Origin: Podarcis liolepis
Taxonomy: Eukaryota
Assembly: GCA_965112155.1 (NCBI GenBank)
Contig: OZ218104.1
Direction: 5' to 3' (one strand)
DNA: 64,000 nucleotides
Shown here: positions 1 through 9,647 of the stretch, piece after piece
Position numbering within the stretch: position 1 is the stretch's first letter
Layout: each line of letters opens with the position of its first letter
Notes under the pieces: generated by a model
The model's database searches: none
Seen by the model: the letters and a program-made list of their open reading frames with translations, nothing else
What the model was told of the DNA's origin: nothing
Position numbers and translations under genes: made by a program

Positions 1-174
1 CGACTTTCAGGAGGAAATCAAAAACACCCCTGTTGACCCAGGCATTTGATGTCTGAAAGGCAGTGTTCCTGGCAGCCCTGAAAACTGGTTTTAGAATGGT
101 TTCCCCCTACTCCAAAATTGTTTTGTTGCTGATGTGCTCCTCTGGGAGAAGAAGGGCGGGATATGATTCGAATT

Positions 175-315
175 CATCATCACCAAGCTCAATATTGTCC
201 ACTCTGGCTGGCAGCAGCTCTCCAGGGTTTCAGACAAGGGGACACCCCCAGTTCTAGCTGGAGATGCCAGGGATTGAACTAGGGATTGAAAGCAGATTCT
301 TTCCCCACTAGCCTC
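175..315 (-). mobile_element. tRNA-derived squamate SINE fragment (Squam3-like)
   Basis: Reverse complement of the recurring ...ccctggcatctccag...cctgaaaccctggagagctgctgccag... SINE body seen many times in this window. Confidence 0.55.
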
Positions 316-381
316 TGCCTCTTCCCTGAATCCTTGGGCAGTGGGGCAGAAGTCTGGACACGTGTGATGTGATCTTTATAG

Positions 382-488
382 GTGGATTACGGTGGAAGCG
401 CAGAAGAGCTGGAGTCCCATTTCAACAGCTGCGGTCAGATCAACAGAGTTACTATCCTCTGCGACAAGTTCTCCGGTCATCCTAAAGG
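382..488 (+). CDS. PABPN1L: PABPN1L exon (RRM: VDYGG...HPKG)
   Basis: Acceptor tttatag| at 381; donor is non-canonical |gcaagt at 489, required by phase. Confidence 0.9.
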
Positions 489-3400
489 GCAAGTGATTTG
501 ATGGTGGGGAAGGGGGGCAGTTGTGGTTTTGAAGGATGGGGTGCCTGCCTCTCTTGAGGGCCAGGTAGATGGATGGGATGGCTTCCAGGTGCCAGAGCAA
601 ATGCAGACCTGGGGGGACTGGCTTCTCCTCTTTGCTCTTGTCTCATGGCTCACGGGAGGGCAGATGGAACAAGCCAAGATGGTGATGAAGAAAGCGATTA
701 TTCTGCACATTGCAGAGCTCTGGGGATCAACCATGAGCAACATGGCCGGGTGTGGGTCTTGCCAGGTGCCCAGTGAGTCTGACCCCTGAGGCTGCCCCTC
801 TGGATCGGACATGTTCCTCTCTGTCCCTCCACTCCTGGCAGTGCAGATTGTAAATGGCTGAGTGGCTATCGTGTCTTTCTGAAGGTTTTGTATTGCTCCA
901 GCAAGTCATTGAGATGAAGAGTGCTTCCAGAAGGCTTGTTTATTGAGCACTAAAAGCCTCATACCCAGCGTTGCATGGGAATTATAAGGAACCAAAAAAC
1001 CATTGTAGTTTTGATATCAGTGGGTTAAAATCAGTGCACTTTTGAAGGGTTCAGTCCACCGTCTTGATTCACAGCGGCATCCATTTGTATACAAACGGAC
1101 AGAAACCTGCTCTTTGACCTCAGGAAACTATCACACAAAATTTGGTTACAGTATCTTAAGAGGTGTCTAAATGCATAGAGAACAAAGAGACACACAACTT
1201 TCCAAAATAGTAGATTCATCCTGATTTGTTTGCAGGGATGCACTAAGACAGGGGTATTATTATATTATAGGTATTATAATATAATATTATAGGTAGTGCC
1301 CAAGAGACTGCGATCTACTCACAGAGTTAAAAACTGACAGTGATCTACCCCCTTTTTGGGGGTTCAGGTCACAGTTGTTGAGCTTTTTTAGGGTAGCCGA
1401 AGTTCTTGAGCTTCTTTTGGGGGGGCAGTGATCTACCAGTGATCTACCACAACAGAATGGAATGTTTCGGAAAGTGGCAGAAGGATATATCTAAGTTTGT
1501 CTGGCAGGGCAAAAAGCCCCGAATAAAATTTAAAATACTAACTGACTCAAAAGAAAGAGGGGGGTTTGCCCTGCCGGATTTAAGGTTGTACTATGAAGCT
1601 GCAGCCTTCTGCTGGCTGAAGGACTGGTTCTTGTTGGAAAACACTGATGTCCTAGACCTGGAAGGGTTCGACAATCTTTACGGCTGGCATGCATACTTGT
1701 GGTATGACAAGGCAAAGGTTCATAAACTGTTCAAAAACCATATTGTCAGAAAATCAATCTTTGCTGTATGGATGAAGTATAAGGATTTATTAGAAAGTAA
1801 AACCCCGAGGTGGTTATCACCAGTGGAAGCCAAGGTTTCTAAAAAAAGGCCCAATATGGAGGCCTACTGGCCAAAATATTGGGAATTAATTGAAAGAGTT
1901 GGAGACAATTGGAAGCTCCAAAGCCAAGACAAATTAAAAAACAAGGTGCGAGACTGGTTACATTATGCTCAAATTCAAGAGGTTTTTAAAACGGATAAAA
2001 AAGTTGGTTTCCAGGTGGAGAAATCGAAACTAGAGACGGAGTTATTAGAACCCAAAACTAAGGTACTTTCGAGAATGTATAACTTGCTGCTTAGATGGAA
2101 TACACAGGATGAGACAGTTAAATCTGCTATGATAAAATGGGCACAGGATGTAGGACATAACATTATGTCTGCGGACTGGGAAAGGTTATGGAACACCGGT
2201 ATGAAATTCACGGCATGTACTGCCTTGAAAGAGAACATTATGAAAATGGTATACCGGTGGTACATGACCCCAGTCAAGTTGGCCAAAATATACCACCTGT
2301 CTGATAATAAGTGTTGGAAATGTAAGGAGGCAGAAGGGACATTCTTTCACCTCTGGTGGACCTGCCCGAAAGTAAAGGCCTTCTGGGAAATGATATACAA
2401 TGAGTTGAAAAAGGTATTTAAATATACCTTTCTTAAGAAACCAGAGGCCTTTCTTCTGGGCATGGTGGACCGGAAGGTGCCAAAGAAGGACAGAACTTTG
2501 TTTATGTATGCAACAACAGCAGCAAGGATCCTTATCGCAAAGTACTGGAAGACACCAGATTTACCCACACTGGAGGACTGGCAGACACAGTTGTTGGACT
2601 ACATGGAGCTGGCAGAAATGACTGGCAGAATTCGAGATCTGACCGAAGAAACAATAGAGGAGGACTGGAAAAAATTCAAGGATTATTTGCAAAAATACTA
2701 TAAGCTGTTTGAATGTTAAGATTGTGCACGATTAGGAAACGTTACGCTTCCGCAACCTAGTTAAGCAAATGATAAAGTAAGCTCAGATAAAAAGAGAAAA
2801 GGAAACAAATTTGAAACAATATATTATGTTTATTGGGAATGTATTAAAATTAAATTACAAACTTTTGAAATTGGTAACATAATAAATTCAAAGATATAAT
2901 AAGTGGTGAAACAAGGTAACAAATTGCTGATCAGGCTGGAACAATGAATGCAATGTTGGGAAGATGTGGGGAGGTCCAAAAGAAAGTAAATCTATGAAAG
3001 ATGATGTGAAACATATCTAACTTTTTCTTCTTTTTTTTATTTTTCTTCATATATAAAAAAATGTTTCTTGCATGTTGCTATGTAAATTAACTTGTGAACC
3101 TATGAAAAGAAACGCAATAAAAAATTATAAAAAAAAAAAAATACCAGTGATCTACCACAGCTGTCCGGTGATCTACCGGTAGATCTCATGATCTACCTGT
3201 TGGACATGCCTGCACTAAGACAATGCTGGCTATTGAGGTAGTATTCAGCCTGATTTGTTTGTGGAGGAGGCAAGGCTTCATCAAAGATAGTGTTATCTTT
3301 TGGGGAAGCCGGCTTGTTTTTCAGGAGCTTTGAATCCACTCTAAGTGCACAACCTGAATTGGCAGGGATGTGATTGAATTGCACCTGAAAATAGAGACTG

Positions 3401-6400
3401 TCTGGGGGCACCCCACATAAAGATGCAATGAAGAGGACAAATCTGCTTCCCATTTGGCCCCAGGGGAATTCACAAGTGCAGCTTTCTCCCATCAGAAGCT
3501 TGCAAATTGGCCCCAGGTGACTTTCACAGCTCCTCCTGTTGTTGCAGGTATGCCTACATTGAGTTTGCCGACAAGAGTTCTGTGAAGGCTGCTGTGGAGC
3601 TGGGCGAGAGCACCTTCAGAGGCCGTATCATCAAGGTGTGTGTCATGGGAAGAGGAGGGGTGTCTGGGGATGCTAAACCTTACCTTGGGGGTGTGGGCTT
3701 GTATTTCAGTGGGAAGGGGACCTGCTTTGCATCCAGAAAGTTTCAGGCCCAATCCCTGGCACCATCTCCCCATAAGCAGCTGATGGGAAAGGCCTTTCTC
3801 TCCCTGAGACCCTTGAGGGCTGCTGCCAATCAGAGTAGACAGTACTGGTCTATGGTTACCTATATACCTTTCCCTATCTGTGTCTTTCCAAATGTGGGTG
3901 TGTTGCTTTCCAAACTGGCCTTTCACTTCCATTCTATGTAACTACAGCCCAGTGTTTCACTTCTGTGCAAAATTTCAAGGTGCCTTCCATCATGTGTTCA
4001 CATCCCAGTCCAAGATGGAAAGCCAGGGATGTGGAAACTTGCACCCTCTGCAGATGTTGGGCTCGATCCTCCCATCAGGCCCAGCCAGCATGGACAAGGC
4101 TCAGTCAGGGCTGATGGGCAGTGTAGTGAAACAACACCTGGAGTGGGGGGCAGGCTCCCCATCTCTGCTGTAAGTGATGTGCGCTAATTTTGTGGCACCA
4201 TGTTGCCTTTGCTTTGCTTCAGGTGTTGCCCAAGAGGACCAACATGCCAGGCATCAGCTCCACGGACCGGGGTGGTTCCCGGGGTGCTTTCCATGGCCGG
4301 GGAGCTCTGCCTCGCCGCTCCAGTTTCTGTGGAGGGCAGCGTTTAAGGACACGTGGAAGGGTGCACAGGTGAGTGGACAGGAGAAGAGTGCTTGCCAGTG
4401 AACTGTCCAACATCACAGTAAGGCTATCATTCCATCAATACAAGCATTTCTGTTTGCCAGGTGGAATACTCTTCCCTACTCTCTTCCCACACCCCAATGC
4501 TGTCCAGAGGGTTTTCCTGAGCAGATGTGTGTGGGGGGGGGGGAGAGAAGAGTCCCATAGTGCTTTCAGGACTCATTCTGCTGGTTTCTGCTAGCGCAAC
4601 AACTTAGTTGCATCCAGCCCTGGATGTCTGAGGCTAGGAACTGAAGGAGAACCGAGGACCTCTTCCTGCTATATACTGTCTTTCTGGGGGACAGTATAAG
4701 ATGCTAGCACAATCTGCCACTAGAAGCACATTGGCTCCTGGGTGCTGCTGCTGTCAGGCTGGCTCAGCGTCACCTGTGCATCTGCGTGGCCAGCAGGGCC
4801 TGTAAGCTGCACGCAGACAAGGAGTTGGACACCTTAGTGGTGCCCATGGGCAGCAGTTCTCTTTTCCATATCAGAAGGAACAGAAATGAGCAACCCGTCA
4901 GCTCGGTATCCCAGAAAGAGCAGCTGGCATGGAGTGCCCCTGGGAGCGAGTGTGTCACTTGCGCTGCTCTGGCTTGGCGTGTACTTTCAGCATCCCCAAG
5001 TTGTTTCGGGAGTGGGGGTTTGACACCTTTGCCCTAGATGAGCCGAAAAACTACTTTTCTGTCTTTTGCAGGATCTAAAAGCTGGTCTGAGTACAGGGAT
5101 CTGTGTTTAGGGCCGTCTCTATACACCACTGTCAATCCTCTCTGCTGCTGTTGAGAGTCTGGACTAACGGTGATAACTAAGGGTTTATGTTAATAATTTA
5201 GATCCCTATTTTCTTTAGCAAACTGAAACCAATGTGCCTAACCATTAAAAGACCAACTGCTACTGTAAGTAAAAAAAGCACTAAACATATGAAAAAATAG
5301 CAAAGGCAAAAGATCATTTACCGGTCTTTTATTTTTTATTCATTTCATTTATATGGCACCTTTTCCCTCCAAGCTCAAGCTGGTGCACATGGTTTTCCAA
5401 CTCCCCATTTTATCCTCACAGCAACCTGGCAGTGACTGTCCAAAAGCCACCCAGTGTGCTTCATTATTAAGATTTAGGGCTAGAAATTTGCTATGTGTGG
5501 TTTTCAGCGGTAAAACAATACCATACTTGTACACCGAGATCACACAGCATAGAATATACACAGCTTTGTGCATAACTCCAGCTGACCACGGCCCTGAATG
5601 CAGTTTGACAAGGCCATTGGGAATCAATTCTATCAGTGATGGATGGCTCTTGTTGCTAATGAGCAAGTGGCTTATATGCAGGAAAGGCAGAACACCCTTA
5701 GAGTTGATGCATTTATTCATCTAGATTGGCTTATAGAGTCTCAGGAAATTCCTTTTCTCCTCCCAGTTCCCTTTGCTTCTCCTGACCTCTTCCACTCCAT
5801 TTTGTATGCATTTAATTTTAGATGTTTTTTTGGGGACAGCATCCTGGAGTTTGGGGTGTTGGGAAATGGAAGTTCATATAAGGGAGGCCTACAGTTCTGC
5901 AACAAAGGGTTGGGTGGATTGTGGAAGAGCAAAATAGATCATAGGCAAGGGTTCTGTTAAGGGCTGCATTCATTCGGGGGCAATCTATAGGGCAGAGGTG
6001 GGGAACCTCAGCCCCAGAGGCCCAATGCAGCACTCCAAGACTCTTTATATGGCCCTTGGGATTCTCCTCTGGCCACACCCCTCGCCTTGCTCTCCCATCT
6101 TTGAATGCTTACCTGTGACGACGCCTCTAGCTTGCAAAGATGGAGACAGGGGTGTTTGTGCAGGTAGAAATCTCTGGTACTAGCATGGCTAGAATGTAGC
6201 CTACACTGGTGTTAAGGTAAGAGTCACATCCATTGCTCCACCCACTGTTAATCTGGCCCTGCCCACCCTTGTATGTGGCCCCCGGCAAGTTGCCCATGAG
6301 TGTGGCCTTCCGGCTGAAGAATGCTCCCCTACTATAAGGGACTGCCGTGGGCAGGGCAACTATCCCCCTTCCCCCACTTTCTCTGCACGTGCCCCCCATT

Positions 6401-6616
6401 GTTTCTTTCATTGGCACCAGCATGAAATTAGGCAAAGCGACTCTTCAATTTAATAATTCAATATTTTATTTTATTTTATCCCTTTGAGTAAATGATGCCT
6501 AGGCCAGGGATGGGGTGGTGAAACACCTGGGCTAACTTTTGCCATGGCCAATGTATGTGTGTGTGTTCTTCTCCAGGGGCCGTGGAAGACTTTCTCCTTG
6601 GTACATGCCTTACTAG
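382..6616 (+). CDS. PABPN1L: PABPN1L (embryonic poly(A)-binding protein 2), 5'-partial; join(382..488,3548..3635,4223..4368,6577..6616)
   Basis: Spliced translation [83 protein letters not shown]...[13 protein letters not shown] is a PABPN1-family RRM followed by an Arg-rich tail. Exon phases are consistent. Position next to TRAPPC2L/GALNS identifies the PABPN1L paralog. Confidence 0.93.
1249..3212. mobile_element. Non-autonomous hAT DNA transposon (MITE), split by an L1 insertion
   Basis: 8-bp TSD CACTAAGA at 1241-1248 and 3213-3220; termini CAGGGGT.../...GGACATGCCTG; repeated subterminal GATCTAC/GTAGATC motifs. Confidence 0.8.
1452..3141 (+). mobile_element. 5'-truncated L1 (LINE-1 clade) retrotransposon: ORF2 C-terminal part, 3' UTR and poly(A)
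   Basis: Uninterrupted ORF to TAA at 2719 with the L1 ORF2 motif [12 protein letters not shown] and a CWKC...HLWWTC zinc knuckle; AATAAA at 3116-3121; A-tail to 3141; 18-bp TSD TACCAGTGATCTACCACA at 1434-1451 and 3142-3159. Confidence 0.93.
3548..3635 (+). CDS. PABPN1L: PABPN1L exon (YAYIEF...RGRIIK, RNP1)
   Basis: gttgcag| acceptor and |gtgtgt donor; 88 nt, phase 2 to 0. Confidence 0.93.
3690..3850 (+). mobile_element. Squam3-like SINE copy
   Basis: tRNA-like head followed by ...cccttgagggctgctgccaatcagagtagacagtactg; same family as the copies at 37620 and 50680. Confidence 0.55.
4223..4368 (+). CDS. PABPN1L: PABPN1L exon ([18 protein letters not shown]...)
   Basis: ttgcttcag| acceptor and |gtgagt donor; conserved PABPN1-family motif KRTNxPGISxTDR. 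Confidence 0.93.
5993..6331. mobile_element. hAT-type MITE
   Basis: CAGAGGTGGGGAACCT terminus; near-perfect 8-bp TSD CTATAGGG (5985-5992) / CTATAAGG (6332-6339). Confidence 0.55.
6577..6616 (+). CDS. PABPN1L: PABPN1L terminal coding exon ([12 protein letters not shown])
   Basis: ttcttctccag| acceptor; C-terminus resembles PABPN1 ...WYSPY*; TAG at 6614-6616. Confidence 0.88.
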
Positions 6617-8557
6617 GCAGTGGGACAAGGTGACCCAAGCCAGGACTGAACTTGGACCGGAACAGGGGAGCAAAAGCAAGTGGATCCGCCCAAAGAATAT
6701 TTCTCCTTTGTTATCCTGTGAGAGTGACTTGCAAGCGTTGAACTTCTATGCCAGTCTTCCAGACAAGACACAGGGTATCTCCTTCTTGGGCAAGGGAAAA
6801 AGAAATGCTGGAGTGGCCTAATGGGTACAAAAAATGACGCCCCCCCCCCAAAAAAATTATGTCATCGTTTAGAGCTTCATTTGAATTTTCTCTTGATGGG
6901 TAGAAAATTAGAACTCTGGTAGGGTCTGGAAACCCCCCTCTTCTCTCTGCCACCCTTTCCGTGATTCTTGGCATGCTGTATTATCCTCGCTGGATGTTCA
7001 TCTGTTGATTTTCTTGGTAAGCATTTGACTCTAGGGATGGCTTCAGAAGGGGACTAAGTAGCATCCTGGTAGGTGTTTTAAATGTACATCACCCAAACCC
7101 AAATGAGGACTTGTTTCCTTTGAAAGAGGCCAGATCCAACTCTTACATAGAGAAACAAACAACTGGCATGCTAGTGATGAGCAAGTCTTGCAACTAGGGC
7201 ATCTATTTCCATTGCTCTTCCTCTCCCCACCCCTTCCTCACCGTTGCATCTAAAGGAGTGTCTATGCTATGAATCGTAAGCTGAGTTAACTATATCATGG
7301 TCCTTCTGCTCACCCTCTCATATGATCGCGAACAAATACAGTTAGATCCCAAGTCCTGTTGGAAAACAGGCACTTCTGTGCTTCCCAAGGTTCCTTGGCC
7401 AAAGCCATTAATTGTATATATATTTATTTTAGAAAACTGGGTTAAGTTTGCAGGGCAGGTGTGTTGTGAAGCTCTCATCAGCCTTAGGTGTCTTTGTGTA
7501 ATACTTTGCACCTTTGCACCCCATTCAGCCTAGTTGTGTAGAACCACTTTCTGATACGTGGGCTTGTGATGAAGGTGTAACTCAAAATGGTGGGCCAGTT
7601 TTGTACACCTTTGCTACCTGCTTGAGCTTAAACTGATGGGTCTAATCTGAGCATTTTTAAATTCCATTCTCTTCCCAGCTTGGGAGGAGCTGTGGAGGCC
7701 AAATGAAGGAAATTGTGTGGATTTTGGTGGGCTGGGAAGAGAACCACCAAGGGGTAGCGGTGGAGGCAGCAGGGCCTCTTGATTCCTGTCTGCCTTGCAC
7801 GTCTTGCATTTCTTTCCTATCATATCCTCCTTTTAAAACTAATTTAAGAAAAGCTTATTTGAAGTTAACCTATTGCCTATTTAAATGAGTTTTTTACTAT
7901 TGCACTCACCTACTATTTATCTCTGTTTAGACTGTTTTCATTCCAGCCCAAAAGAATCCCAATGAAATGATAGATACTAAAAGCAGCTTTCTGCAGCCCT
8001 GAAATAATAGGACTTGCCAGATCAAAATGTTAATAATGATAAAAAAAACTCAAACCTTGAAAGTTGTTCATATGGGCGAAACTTATCACCTTGTTTTCTG
8101 AATTGCACTGTTATCCGGAATGGACAGTCTAGCTCACATCTTAACTAAATTTATATTTCACATTTAGTGTTTTTACAGTAGCCAGCAAATTCTAAAAGAA
8201 ACATCTGTTAAATTCCATAATTCATTCTAGTAATCTTTTCCTCAAGCACTGCAATTCCAAGAAGTGCGGTACCTGGGGGTGGCTGCAGGTCACCTTTACA
8301 GGGTGAAAAACATGACCTTTTGATTTTGGCAAGTGAAAAGATGCAACTTCAAGCCCTAAAGGGATAAGAAAAACAATAAATCCCCTGGGAAGTTCTCTTG
8401 TGTAAGAGAACTGCAAAGGAGAAATGTTCCTGGGGATTGTATCCTAAAGGAGTAATAAATGGGCAGAAGTTGAAATAAGCAGAGTGAAAAGGGTTTTTTT
8501 GTATTACATTTGTATGTGAATAGAGATGCCATTTGTGGTAATGTTTGTAACTTAATA

Positions 8558-8574
8558 TTTTTTAATAAAATAAA
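8558..8574 (+). terminator. Probable PABPN1L polyadenylation signal (overlapping AATAAA x2) preceded by a U-rich CPE-like tract
   Basis: ttttttAATAAAATAAAA; other AATAAA hexamers lie at 8375 and 8454, so site choice is inferred. Confidence 0.5.
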
Positions 8575-9496
8575 AGATCCAACTGATTAAACTAAACCCA
8601 CAACAAAAGCATTGGCTGTGGATTTCTCTCTGGGCTAATCTGCCTCCTTTAAGAGGTCACGTTGCATGAACATAAAAAAACCATGAAATGCCGTTATTTC
8701 TGGACTATGCCACTTTGGACAGCAAATTGGTGACTGGGTTTTTAATATCTCTCCTGTTACCTTTTTCGGGGTTTTTCTGAAGCCCTCCATGAACACAGAA
8801 GGTCAGAGATTACTAACCTAGTTGTTTCCCTGACATGCTAAGCTACTGCACTAAAGGGATTTTTAAAAGGGCATTTAAATACGCAGCTCCACCTGCAAAC
8901 TGAAGTAGTACAATCCAGTAAAGGGACCTAGCTGAAGAGCAGATATTTTGCAGGCAGTAGAGCCCAGATTCAGTCTTTGTGTGACAAGCACCTGTAATCT
9001 GATGCGGACTCTGAACAGACAAAATACTGATTTTAGTTCTGATCCACTCTCATGGTTTAATCTACCATTTTTAATCGCCCCTCTGAGCTGCCCTAGCTAG
9101 TTCTTTTGTAACAGGTTTAGAACCATTAAGGAAGTAGAACCAAGCTCAAGTAAATAGGCCACTTTGGGGGGCACCTTGTTGGGGTTGATCTACTGCATCC
9201 AACAAGCGAGGACCACCAACAAGGATGATTTTAAAAGAGGATTATAGACATCATGGATGATAAGGCTATCAATGGCTATGTTCTCCATCCACTGTCAGAG
9301 GCAGAATGCTGGAGTAGATGGGTCACTGGTCAGATACAGCAAGCTTATTCTTACGCTCTCATCCAAGTTGTTTCTCTTACCTGGGAGACATCTTGCTAGC
9401 AAGAGGGGGCTTTTCCTCAACTTTTTCATGGTATGGCTACAACCATCCCCTTCCATATACCTTGGTGAACAAGCACAGACTAACTTAGTTAATGAG

Positions 9497-9502
9497 TTTA
9501 TT
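9497..9502 (-). terminator. Probable TRAPPC2L poly(A) signal
   Basis: AATAAA on the minus strand about 100 nt after the stop codon. Confidence 0.6.
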
Positions 9503-9601
9503 ATACAATGTGGGATTTTGGAAGGAAGAATATACACAAACAATTCTGTACAGTGGGGCAAGTTGTCTCAGGTAAATCAGCTGGAAGAAGAGGCAGAAGC
9601 T

Positions 9602-9647
9602 TCAACAAACTTGCACCATCATGGACGTCACCATGTTGTCAAAGGCC
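9602..9647 (-). CDS. TRAPPC2L: TRAPPC2L coding exon 5
   Basis: ctccttttccaag| acceptor; [14 protein letters not shown] then TGA. Confidence 0.93.

Noticed and set aside
1406-2719. 437-aa ORF as a host protein-coding gene
   Set aside because: It is the ORF2 C-terminus of a 5'-truncated L1 (TSD, poly(A) tail, zinc knuckle); the first ~15 codons come from flanking MITE sequence.
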